Shown here piece by piece: positions 55,560-63,306 of a stretch of 63,306 nucleotides of DNA. The notes below the pieces were generated by a model. That model did no database searches. It saw only the letters and a program-made list of their open reading frames with translations, and was not told the DNA's origin. Location of the stretch: positions 1-63,306 of the forward strand of contig CAYXUG010000003.1 of NCBI GenBank assembly GCA_964468655.1. The letters are read 5' to 3'. This DNA comes from an uncultured bacterium (lineage in GTDB: Bacteria > Fidelibacterota > Marinisomatia > Marinisomatales > CAYXUG01). The stretch's first letter is position 1, and each line of letters opens with the position of its first letter. The translations under genes were made by a program, and so were the position numbers.

Positions 55560-56795
55560 ATGAAATTACTTTTACGTACTACCTTATTTATTTTACTGTT
55601 CATCATTTTTCAACAGTGCGATTTTTTCTTTCCGGAGGAAGTTGACCCCAATCTACTGCTGGACGGACCCGTTGACGGATTAACCAATGTGCAAAAGGCA
55701 ACATTCGCTGAAGGTGATGAAGCTTTTGGTCAGAATTTTTCTGCCTCCACCGGGTTGGGACCTGTATTCAACCACATAGCCTGCATCGCCTGCCATGCGG
55801 GCGATGGAAAGGGACATCCTTTTTCAAACCTGACTCGATTCGGAAAAGGCAACTCCGACAATTCAGAAGAATTTGACTACATGATAGAATATGGAGGACC
55901 GCAGCTTCAAAATCGGGCAATTCCCGGGTATGAGTCCGAAGTCCTTCCTGGTGATGCCACCGGTGTTTCTGAACGGAGCGCTCTCATTGTAGTAGGCGTG
56001 GGTTTTCTGGAAGCAGTTTCGGATGATACTCTGCTTGCTTTGGCAGACCCGGATGATGACGATGGAGACGGCATCAGCGGTCGTGTCAATTATGTTAATC
56101 CACCTGATTTCTTTGTTCCAAAAAGTCATCATATTTCTGACCCGTACGGAAAATACATCGGTCGCTTCGGCAGAAAAGCCAAAGCCATTGATCTGCTTCA
56201 CCAGACCTCAGGGGCATATATTGATGATATGGGGATTACAACGGACTTTTTTACGGAAGATTTATACAATCCTTTAGAAGGTCAGTTTACGGGGGACAAC
56301 GTTCCCGATCCTGAAGTGGGCTCCGATGTGGTGGCGAATGTGGTATTTTATCTGCGTACCCTGAAACCGCCCAAACCGAGAAATCAGGATGACCCGGATG
56401 TAATGGCTGGCGACTCTCTGTTTAATGTCATTGGATGTGCCGGCTGCCACCTCCCAACCTTGACAACGGGATTTTCTTCTGTTAGTGTACTGTCTGAAAC
56501 AGAATTTCATCCCTATACTGATCTATTGCTCCATGACATGGGTGAAGAACTCGCGGATTACTATCCAGAAGGGGGCGCAACGGGAACAGAATGGAGAACC
56601 ACCCCACTTTGGGGACTTGGATTGATTCAGGATAATCTCGGCGGAATTCCGTACTACCTGCATGATGGCCGGACATCTGATTTGACCGAGGTGATTCGTC
56701 TGCATCAGGGAGAGGCATTACAAAGCAGTGATAATTTTGATAATCTGAGCGGAAATGAAAAGGAACAGGTGCTGAAGTTTCTGGAATCTTTATAA
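55560..56795 (+). CDS. di-haem cytochrome c oxidoreductase/peroxidase-like protein (DUF1111 family)
   Basis: ATG at 55560 gives the leader MKLLLRTTLFILLFIIF. Two haem-binding CxxCH motifs (CIACH, CAGCH). GLGPVFN..AC..CH and RTTPLWGLG fit the family pattern. Confidence 0.8.
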   Translation: MKLLLRTTLFILLFIIFQQCDFFFPEEVDPNLLLDGPVDGLTNVQKATFAEGDEAFGQNFSASTGLGPVFNHIACIACHAGDGKGHPFSNLTRFGKGNSDNSEEFDYMIEYGGPQLQNRAIPGYESEVLPGDATGVSERSALIVVGVGFLEAVSDDTLLALADPDDDDGDGISGRVNYVNPPDFFVPKSHHISDPYGKYIGRFGRKAKAIDLLHQTSGAYIDDMGITTDFFTEDLYNPLEGQFTGDNVPDPEVGSDVVANVVFYLRTLKPPKPRNQDDPDVMAGDSLFNVIGCAGCHLPTLTTGFSSVSVLSETEFHPYTDLLLHDMGEELADYYPEGGATGTEWRTTPLWGLGLIQDNLGGIPYYLHDGRTSDLTEVIRLHQGEALQSSDNFDNLSGNEKEQVLKFLESL

Positions 56796-57217
56796 TGGAA
56801 AGCAGAAGGGAATTTTTAAAGCAAGCCGGAACGCTGGGAGTTGTTGCTGCCTGCGGCGGACTGCCTGTCCTGCTGGAAGGATGCCTGCCTGTACCTTATG
56901 TGGAATCGATCCGGAAGGGAAGGACTTTAGAGGTTTCTCTACTTTCATTTGAGGATGGAAACAGAATCTATGTGAAGCACCCGGAGTTTAAAGCGCCCAT
57001 ATTAATTCAAAAAAGCAGTGAAATTGAATATTCAGCTTTGCTCATGATTTGTACCCACAAAGGATGCCGCCCGAGGGCTGCTGAGTTTTCTTTAAAATGC
57101 CCCTGCCATGGAAGCAGATTTGATCTTAACGGCAAAGTCCTCAGGGGACCTGCTGAAAAACACCTTCCGTCATTTCCGGTTAATCTTAATGTTGATCAAC
57201 TGGTGATTTCAATCTGA
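56795..57217 (+). CDS. Tat-exported Rieske [2Fe-2S] protein
   Basis: Twin-arginine leader MESRREFLKQAGTLGVVAA. Rieske motifs CTHKGC and CPCHGSRF. The start overlaps the upstream stop (TAATG). Confidence 0.85.
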   Translation: MESRREFLKQAGTLGVVAACGGLPVLLEGCLPVPYVESIRKGRTLEVSLLSFEDGNRIYVKHPEFKAPILIQKSSEIEYSALLMICTHKGCRPRAAEFSLKCPCHGSRFDLNGKVLRGPAEKHLPSFPVNLNVDQLVISI

Positions 57218-57218
57218 T

Positions 57219-58388
57219 ATGAGCCACAGAATAATTATATCGATTTTATTTTTTGTGGGAATAGGTTATGCACAACCGGATTCCACCGTCCATGATATTT
57301 ATGACCGTCCCTTTGTTTTTCAGAAGGAGAATTTCGCATCCTTCGGCGGATATTTTGAAGCGAACTCAAATTACGTGGTGGAGGAAGGAATTACGGAAGG
57401 GTTGTCCTTTGAGGCGAGACGATTTAACATTTTCTTTTATTCGCACATATCGCCCATGGTGCGGTTCTTTTCCGAATTGGAGTTTGAGCATGGTACCGAA
57501 GAAATTGCGCTGGAAACTGCCATCGTTGATCTTATGCTTCATCCGCTGTTCAATTTTCGGGTGGGGGTTCTTCTGCCTCCTCTGGGAAGATTTAACGTGC
57601 TTCACGACAGTCCCAAATACAACATCATTGACCGCCCTCTCGTATCTACGAAAATCATCCCCTCCACGCTGATGGAAGTAGGGAAAGGATTTTTCGGCAA
57701 TAAGGAATTGAGTCCCACCACTGAATTCGGCTATGAACTCTATTTTGTGAATGGATTAACAGATGGAATTCTCGATAATGAAGATGGCGCTACCAGAATC
57801 GCCTCGGGAAAGAATGAAGAAATGTTTGAAGAAGATAACAACGGGACACCCTCTATAACTGGAAGGTTGGGATTTGAAAGTCGACTTACAGGCGAGGTGG
57901 GATTATCATTCTATAAGGGTGTTTACAATTCGTTTATGATGGAAGGTGAAGTTGTTGATGAAAAAAGATTTGTTCAGATTACTGCCTTGGATTTTGACAA
58001 ACAATTTTCGCGATTAACAATTCAGGGTGAACTCGCAAAAGCAAAAATTGATATTCCTGCAAACCTGGAAGAGATCTTTGGCAGTGAACAGACAGGCGGT
58101 TATGTGGATATCGGGTACACTTACCGGAGAGGCAGATTATTCAGTTTTGACGATCTGCAGATGATTGCAACATTTCGGTTCGATAGAGTTGACTTGAATG
58201 TGGGTAAGTTCGGTTCCACCAACACAAACATCGGGGATGAAACAACCAGAATTACAGTCTCGAATTCTTTCCGCCCATCTGAGGATACTGCATTTAAAAT
58301 GGTCTATTTTTATGAATGGCACAAAGATCTGCAGGATAATCTCATTCGGACGGGCGGTTGGCAGTTTGGTGTTGCCACCTATTTTTAA
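57219..58388 (+). CDS. putative outer-membrane porin-like beta-barrel
   Basis: Signal peptide. Alternating strands. SELEFEHGTEEIALETAIVD....NFRVGVLLPPLGRFN is porin O/P-like. C-terminus GVATYF. Confidence 0.5.
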   Translation: MSHRIIISILFFVGIGYAQPDSTVHDIYDRPFVFQKENFASFGGYFEANSNYVVEEGITEGLSFEARRFNIFFYSHISPMVRFFSELEFEHGTEEIALETAIVDLMLHPLFNFRVGVLLPPLGRFNVLHDSPKYNIIDRPLVSTKIIPSTLMEVGKGFFGNKELSPTTEFGYELYFVNGLTDGILDNEDGATRIASGKNEEMFEEDNNGTPSITGRLGFESRLTGEVGLSFYKGVYNSFMMEGEVVDEKRFVQITALDFDKQFSRLTIQGELAKAKIDIPANLEEIFGSEQTGGYVDIGYTYRRGRLFSFDDLQMIATFRFDRVDLNVGKFGSTNTNIGDETTRITVSNSFRPSEDTAFKMVYFYEWHKDLQDNLIRTGGWQFGVATYF

Positions 58389-58394
58389 TTCCAA

Positions 58395-58796
58395 ATGATA
58401 ACATTCACAGTTACCACCCACAAAAGAACCGATTTCATTGATATCACCGGCCAAGTACAGGACGAGGTAAGCAAGTCAGGTGTTGAGTCGGGGATTATAA
58501 CAATTTATGTTCCCCATACAACCTGCGGGGTAATAATCAATGAAAATGCCGATCCCCATGTGGTGGATGATATTCAGATGCAGTTGGAAAAGCTTGTCCC
58601 TTTTGAGGCGGGGTACAAACATAGAGAACAGAATTCAGACAGCCACATCAAGGTTGCTATGACAGGGTCTTCTGAAACGGTCATCATCGAAAACGGGCAG
58701 CTTGTTCTGGGGACGTGGCAGGGAATCATGCTCTGTGATTTTGATGGTCCGAGGACGAGGAAGGTTTATCTGAAAATTCTTTCCGGCAGCACGTAA
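58395..58796 (+). CDS. yjbQ: YjbQ/UPF0047-family protein (secondary thiamine-phosphate synthase enzyme)
   Basis: DITGQV...[18 protein letters not shown]........P......H....NSDSHIK....G.S....[20 protein letters not shown]. Confidence 0.88.
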   Translation: MITFTVTTHKRTDFIDITGQVQDEVSKSGVESGIITIYVPHTTCGVIINENADPHVVDDIQMQLEKLVPFEAGYKHREQNSDSHIKVAMTGSSETVIIENGQLVLGTWQGIMLCDFDGPRTRKVYLKILSGST

Positions 58797-58800
58797 ACGG

Positions 58801-58848
58801 AGTAAAATGATGAAATCATTTCGGATAGGTATTTGTCATTCGTCATTC
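58801..58848. repeat. imperfect direct repeat, copy 1; copy 2 is at 59285-59321
   Basis: agtaaaatgatgaaatcatttcggataggtatttgtcatt compared with agtaaaatgaattcatttcaaatagttatttgtcatt. Together they bracket about 440 bp of non-coding, hairpin-rich DNA. Confidence 0.65.
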
Positions 58849-58862
58849 ATGTTTTATTGATA

Positions 58863-58908
58863 AACCCACGACTTTGACAAAGTCATCCCTTCGGGAAAGT
58901 CGTGGGTT
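58863..58908. repeat. 13-bp perfect-stem hairpin with alternative internal pairings (REP-like element or structured RNA)
   Basis: aacccacgacttt (58863-58875) pairs with aaagtcgtgggtt (58896-58908). The loop holds a second aaagtc (58879-58884) that could pair with gacttt instead, plus a cccttcggg mini-hairpin. A further hairpin, aaccat-ttta-atggtt, lies at 58931-58946. Confidence 0.6.
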
Positions 58909-59284
58909 GCCAGTATTTGAAATATATTTTAACCATTTTAATGGTTTATCAAAGGGTTCTATTATAGAATTAATTCAATCATTTGGTGTAAATTATACCT
59001 GGAGGTATTATACCATTTGGTATAAAATATGAAAGACAACATTCAGTGTATTATATGCAGGATCAATTATTTGCGTATTATCTATCTTTTATTGGCGGGC
59101 ATGTGGCTGCCGGATGGAAGAGTAGGACGTTTCCGGGTCTTTCTAAACTTCTAAAACTATTTCCCAGTAGAAATCATTTATAACTGATTCGCTGTGAAAA
59201 AATGTCATTCCCATTGCATAGATACATTGAAAAATGAATATGCAATGTTCAAATATCGTGAAAAAATAATACCCTTTATTACAG

Positions 59285-59321
59285 AGTAAAATGAATTCAT
59301 TTCAAATAGTTATTTGTCATT
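59285..59321. repeat. imperfect direct repeat, copy 2 (see 58801-58848)
   Basis: agtaaaatgaattcatttcaaatagttatttgtcatt. Confidence 0.65.
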
Positions 59322-59460
59322 GACTTGCCCGACGTAGATATGGTTTTGGTATTTTGCTCAAAGAGTCCTTTGGTCGTTTTTCATTTTTCATTTTGAGTTT
59401 TTCATTAAATTTCATCCATTAAAAGAAGCGTTTGAGAAAAACGAGAATCCTTCCAATGCC

Positions 59461-60075
59461 GTGCAGATGAAACGGTACATGAAGGACAAGTTTGAATTTT
59501 ACGGAATTAAAACTCCACTGAGAAAATCGCTCACAAAAAATTTTCTGAAAAAACACGGAAACCCCAGTGAGCAGAATCTGGAAAAAGTAGTTAGAGATTC
59601 GTGGCAATTCCCGGAAAGGGAATTCCAATATGCGGGGCTGGATATTCTTGAGCAGTCCGTCAAAAAGAATTTTCACTGTAATGTTTCACTTTTTGAATAT
59701 CTGGTAACAACTAAATCGTGGTGGGATACGGTGGATTGGCTGGCAACCAGAATTATAGGTTTATATTTTCAGAAAAATCCTGAATTGATTCAAAACCACA
59801 TTCCGGAATGGAATGAATCTAAAAACATGTGGTTGAATCGTGTTGCCATTCTTTTTCAGTTAAAGTACAAACGAGATACCGATGAGACTCTTCTGTTCAA
59901 TATCATAAAGAGTCATTCCGGTTCTAAAGAATTCTTCATTCAAAAGGCAATCGGGTGGGCGTTAAGGGAATATTCAAAATCATTTCCGGAGGTGGTGAAA
60001 GATTTTGTGGAGGAAAATGAGTTAGCACCACTCAGCAAGAGGGAAGCGCTGAAAGTGATCAACAGGAAAAAATAG
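59461..60075 (+). CDS. DNA alkylation repair protein (AlkD-like HEAT-repeat family); the 5' end may be truncated
   Basis: MKRYMKDKFEFYGIKTP, WWDTVDWLA, NMWLNRVAILFQL, FFIQKAIGWALREYSK. The in-frame upstream sequence (open from 59338) still reads like the family's first helix (KFHPLKEAFEKNENPSNAV), but it has no canonical start before the GTG at 59461. Confidence 0.78.
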   Translation: MQMKRYMKDKFEFYGIKTPLRKSLTKNFLKKHGNPSEQNLEKVVRDSWQFPEREFQYAGLDILEQSVKKNFHCNVSLFEYLVTTKSWWDTVDWLATRIIGLYFQKNPELIQNHIPEWNESKNMWLNRVAILFQLKYKRDTDETLLFNIIKSHSGSKEFFIQKAIGWALREYSKSFPEVVKDFVEENELAPLSKREALKVINRKK

Positions 60076-60146
60076 TGTTTTAAAATCAGAATTTTAATTA
60101 TTATATTCATATATGCATATATCAAGTGATTAATTAGGAGAACAAG

Positions 60147-62378
60147 ATGGATTTTGACCTAAAAGTATTTCGAGCTGAAAAGTTAAATCTAACTCAGAAA
60201 ACATTAAGTGAGTTACTTAAAGTAGAGCAATTTCAGATTTCACGATGGGAAAATAACCCCTCAAAATTACCATTTAGGGTATTTCTCGATCTTTGCAAAA
60301 TATCAGGAATGACACCTGATCAGTTGGTAGAAGACGTCGAACTTCCCAAACCGGATATTGTAGATTTCGGAAATCCATATAAAGAACGAGACATTAGGAT
60401 AAGTATGTTAAATGAATACTGCGAAGTTGGTTTAAATCAATTAATTGAGAAGAAAGAAGAACCTGAATTAATTGAAGATTTAATTGAAGAACTTCGAAAT
60501 ATTCGTAACTGTATTGGTGAAAAACCTGTAGTAGCTGTAATGGGAAAATTTGATAGTGGGAAGAGTCGACTTATAAATTGTATGACAGGAATTGATGCAA
60601 TTGTTTGTCAGTGGACACCAACGACAAAAATAGCTACCTATATAAAACATATTGATAATCGGCCAGATTTTATCAATGAAAGTGTCTGGATATTTAAAAA
60701 TGGTGATAACTCAAATAAAATCTGGAATTTCAGACGTTACCGTGATGAAAAGTACTGTAAAAAATGGATGTTAGACAAAGGAGGATTCGATATACTTAAA
60801 AAATATGGCACTTATGATGTTGAAAATGATAATGAAAATAATAATGCTCATAGTGCTCTTGTATTCATGAAATCTCCTATTTTAAAAGCCTGTGATTTAA
60901 TTGATCTACCAGGATTTGGGAGCAGTAAAGGAAAGAAACGGGATGAAGAATTAAAAAGCCAAGATGCATTAAAATTTGCGGACTTGGTAATATACATGTC
61001 TAAGATTAACGGCTTTATAGAAATCGAAGATATCGAATTTATATCAATGATAATAAGAGAAAAGGCAGGGATCGCACCTATTGAGAAAGAGGAGGATACA
61101 TTTGATAAAATTATTGTTGTTGCATCACAAGCTCATATTGAATCAAACAAAGAAGTGCGGGATCAAACAATTGAAAAAAGAACAGAAGAATTATTTGAAA
61201 GACTGTCAATGAGGACAAAACAAACAATCAAAAAAGCAGGTGGAACACCAACATATGAATTATTAAGAAAACAATTTGTAACCTATAGCCTGGATAATCG
61301 TTCTCTTCGAGAGGATTTTAATATTAAACTGAAAAACAGTTTAATGAACAGTTTCCCACCTAAAATTATCTCAATGCAAGATGCAATGATTACAGAGTTT
61401 AAGAAACATGCGCAAGATAAATTATCTAATGAAATAAATAAAACTGAATCCATAATGTCAGACTATGATTCGGTTAAGAAACAATATGAAAAAGCCAAAT
61501 CTAATAGACCCAAAGCTAAAAAGGAGATAAAAGCCATAAAAGAATCGATTAATAAAAAAATAAATTCTTCGAGCAAGAATTGCATAAGTGATTTTGATGA
61601 TTGGTGGACAGAGAATATTACCCCCCCCAAAGTTTCACGCGAAATTGAAAACAGAAATTATAATAGAAAAGAAGCAACAGAAAGAATCGGTGGAATTATC
61701 ATGGGCAATATCCAAGATTCTTACCAAAGTATTTGTGAAGAGAATTTCAACAAGGTAAAACCTGATATTGGAAAGCTTTTCAAAGAATATGAAAATCAAG
61801 CAGAATTTCTTGCTATTAAAGACCCAGAGGGACAAAATATTCCTTTCGATTATCAGGGTTTATTAAAAGGTGCATTTGGCGCCGCAAGCGTTTTAGGAGG
61901 TCTTACTATTTGGGCAAGTACATTAGGCAATTTAGGGTGGTATATAATTGCTTCTAAGGGTGTAAGCCTTTTATCTGCAATTGGGATTTCAACGGGGGGT
62001 ACGGCAGCTGCAACAGCATTCTTGGCTACAATAGGTGGTCCCATAACGGTTGCTGCAGGAATAGCTATTGCTATTGCAATTGGTATCAAATCATTGTTTG
62101 GTGAATCATGGCAGAAGAGACTATCAAAACAATTATATAAAATTATGAAACAAGAGGGAATAAAAAATAAATCAAAAAAAGTCATTAATAAGTTTTGGGA
62201 GGACACATCTAATGGTATTGAAGAAGTAACCGTGAATATGGATAAGAAAATTGATGATTATATCCATAGCATGAAAATTACTTTAGATGAGCATGACCCT
62301 AAAAAACTTAAAAACAAGATTGATAATTGTAAAGAGTATAATAAATTTTTTGAGGGGTTACCTTGGATATCAATTTAA
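60147..62378 (+). CDS. fusion protein: XRE-type HTH + dynamin-like P-loop GTPase + coiled-coil stalk + Gly/Ala-rich membrane hairpin
   Basis: SD AGGAG at 60136-60140. HTH: LTQKTLSELLKVEQFQISRWENN. GTPase motifs: G1 MGKFDSGKS, WTPTT, G3 DLPGFG. K/E-rich helical region from about aa 400 to 560. Hydrophobic glycine-zipper block: GAFGAASVLGGLTIW...IGGPITVAAGIAIAIAIGIKSLFG. Confidence 0.7.
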   Translation: MDFDLKVFRAEKLNLTQKTLSELLKVEQFQISRWENNPSKLPFRVFLDLCKISGMTPDQLVEDVELPKPDIVDFGNPYKERDIRISMLNEYCEVGLNQLIEKKEEPELIEDLIEELRNIRNCIGEKPVVAVMGKFDSGKSRLINCMTGIDAIVCQWTPTTKIATYIKHIDNRPDFINESVWIFKNGDNSNKIWNFRRYRDEKYCKKWMLDKGGFDILKKYGTYDVENDNENNNAHSALVFMKSPILKACDLIDLPGFGSSKGKKRDEELKSQDALKFADLVIYMSKINGFIEIEDIEFISMIIREKAGIAPIEKEEDTFDKIIVVASQAHIESNKEVRDQTIEKRTEELFERLSMRTKQTIKKAGGTPTYELLRKQFVTYSLDNRSLREDFNIKLKNSLMNSFPPKIISMQDAMITEFKKHAQDKLSNEINKTESIMSDYDSVKKQYEKAKSNRPKAKKEIKAIKESINKKINSSSKNCISDFDDWWTENITPPKVSREIENRNYNRKEATERIGGIIMGNIQDSYQSICEENFNKVKPDIGKLFKEYENQAEFLAIKDPEGQNIPFDYQGLLKGAFGAASVLGGLTIWASTLGNLGWYIIASKGVSLLSAIGISTGGTAAATAFLATIGGPITVAAGIAIAIAIGIKSLFGESWQKRLSKQLYKIMKQEGIKNKSKKVINKFWEDTSNGIEEVTVNMDKKIDDYIHSMKITLDEHDPKKLKNKIDNCKEYNKFFEGLPWISI

Positions 62379-62542
62379 GAATTACGATACCTATTTGGTT
62401 GTATTAGCCACGAAAATGTATTGTATAAAAAATCTTTTAGTAAAATAATCAAGCAAAGAATATAAAGTTGTTAAATGCTCAAAATGTGCCAGCCGAGTAT
62501 TCAACACTACACTAACTAATGGCACAATAAAGGAGAACAATT

Positions 62543-62683
62543 ATGGCAAGAAAAGATAGAAGCGATCAGAGGGTTGGACCTCATGAAAGGAAGCATGGGT
62601 TTCCCCCAGGAACAATCAGGAACCCCAGCGGAAGGAAAACCCGATCTGATAAGAAGATTGGAACAATTCGTAAGGGAAGGTAG
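62543..62683 (+). CDS. small (46 aa) highly basic protein, hypothetical
   Basis: SD AAGGAG at 62530-62535, 7 nt before the ATG. MARKDRSDQRVGPHERKHGFPPGTIRNPSGRKTRSDKKIGTIRKGR. Absent from the track because it is under 60 aa. Confidence 0.35.
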   Translation: MARKDRSDQRVGPHERKHGFPPGTIRNPSGRKTRSDKKIGTIRKGR

Positions 62684-62756
62684 AAGTAGTAAATAATAAA
62701 AACTGGGCGGGGTCGATGAGGATAAACCCCAGACTTCGCCCTTAACATAAATAGCA

Positions 62757-63113
62757 TTGGGACTCAAATATTTAATATTACCATTCTATCTACTAATCGT
62801 TGGATGTTTGAAATTTACAATCGATCCTATATCATCTGAGGATGCAAAATATATTTACTTAACTAATATTGAACACTCATATAATATTTCAGCGGAAGGA
62901 ATTGGGTATAATACTACCAAGAAAAATATAATTAACCAGATAAGAGATCTGGCGAATGAAGAAGGATATAGATATTATTATGTCTTATCACAGGGAGTTG
63001 TCGGAAGATCATTATTAAATCCAAAGGTCAGCATGCTTTTTAAAATAAAATTCTTTTATACAGAAGAAGAATATATCGTATTCCAGAAATCATATAACCC
63101 GTTTGGGTTATAA
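62757..63113 (+). CDS. hypothetical lipoprotein
   Basis: TTG start. Leader LKYLILPFYLLIVGC with lipobox IVGC. No other motif recognised. Confidence 0.45.
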   Translation: MGLKYLILPFYLLIVGCLKFTIDPISSEDAKYIYLTNIEHSYNISAEGIGYNTTKKNIINQIRDLANEEGYRYYYVLSQGVVGRSLLNPKVSMLFKIKFFYTEEEYIVFQKSYNPFGL

Positions 63114-63115
63114 AA

Positions 63116-63286
63116 ATGCACCCTACTGATCCTCCCCTATCAAATAAAATCACTTTAAATTCAGGACGAACAATTACTTTACAAGAAATCTATCAGGAAT
63201 TAACCTATTCAGGTTTACTTGAAGGATTGCCAACTAATAAACTGAATAAAGAAAGGGTAAAGTCGCAATTTAGCCACCAATGTTAA
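63116..63286 (+). CDS. small (56 aa) hypothetical protein
   Basis: The ATG lies 2 nt after the previous stop. MHPTDPPLSNKITLNSGRTITLQEIYQELTYSGLLEGLPTNKLNKERVKSQFSHQC. Could be a fragment. Confidence 0.25.
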   Translation: MHPTDPPLSNKITLNSGRTITLQEIYQELTYSGLLEGLPTNKLNKERVKSQFSHQC

Positions 63287-63306
63287 TAAATTACACATAT
63301 GATAAA

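Noticed and set aside
58808-59165. Mini-ORFs in the 58.8-59.4-kb gap: MMKSFRIGICHSSFMFY, MNSFQIVICH, and a 45-codon ORF at 59029.
   Set aside because: The first two are simply the two copies of the direct repeat read as protein. The third has no SD and a low-complexity sequence. I treat the region as non-coding.
59419-59676. 85-aa minus-strand ORF.
   Set aside because: It overlaps the AlkD-like CDS, which has clear family motifs. There is no support for the antisense frame.
61853-62206. 117-aa minus-strand ORF inside the HTH-GTPase gene.
   Set aside because: It is an antisense shadow of the Gly/Ala-rich hydrophobic block (GCN/GGN codons read open on the opposite strand). It has no independent support.
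1-63306. rRNA genes, tRNA genes, CRISPR arrays, integrases/transposases and prophage structural genes.
   Set aside because: I recognised none on either strand by eye. tRNA-like cloverleaves were not evident in any intergenic gap over 100 bp. A tRNAscan or Infernal run would be needed to be certain.

Overview
This is a 63.3-kb chromosomal segment from a diderm bacterium. Most of it is AT-rich: sampled lines run at about one third to two fifths G+C. The edge gene at 57-2576 is visibly GC-richer. The lineage looks FCB-like (Marinimicrobia, Ignavibacteria or Calditrichaeota type). That is an inference from the T9SS type-A sorting domains, the FlgD-Ig-like C-termini and the gene content. I support about 60 protein genes. 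I saw no rRNA, tRNA or CRISPR array by eye.

Housekeeping backbone:
- A textbook outer-membrane biogenesis cluster, uppS-bamA-skp-lpxD-lpxC-fabZ-lpxA-(small OMP)-dxr-rseP, at 24.7-34.7 kb.
- tsaC and an LpxL-family acyltransferase.
- nfeD-floA.
- coaE-adk-nupC-cdd-rhomboid-M23 peptidase.
- queG, a NUDIX hydrolase, Fe-S proteins (mrp/apbC, two ferredoxins, two Rieske proteins), tpx-arsC, zupT and yjbQ.

Most notable content:
1. A tightly coupled locus at 3.6-14.2 kb that I read as a candidate surface system for capturing, degrading and importing extracellular DNA. It encodes a catalytically empty LTD + OB-fold surface protein, a giant OM protein carrying ComEA-like HhH units, two FadL/PorV-like barrels, a 5'-nucleotidase-EEP fusion and a second EEP nuclease.
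2. A 2-Cys peroxiredoxin whose peroxidatic cysteine codon is an in-frame TGA (54153-54155). It is a probable selenoprotein that the ORF track splits.
3. An XRE-HTH + dynamin-like GTPase + membrane-hairpin fusion protein (60147-62378) in an AT-rich, repeat-bounded accessory segment at the window end.
4. An orphan Pycsar-effector-like membrane protein translationally coupled to a collagen-repeat lipoprotein (47.1-48.2 kb).
5. Several repeat features: a 642-bp intragenic tandem duplication with a 270-bp perfectly identical core, direct repeats bracketing a T9SS cargo gene, and structured intergenic hairpins.

All functional calls come from motif recognition by eye. No searches were run.
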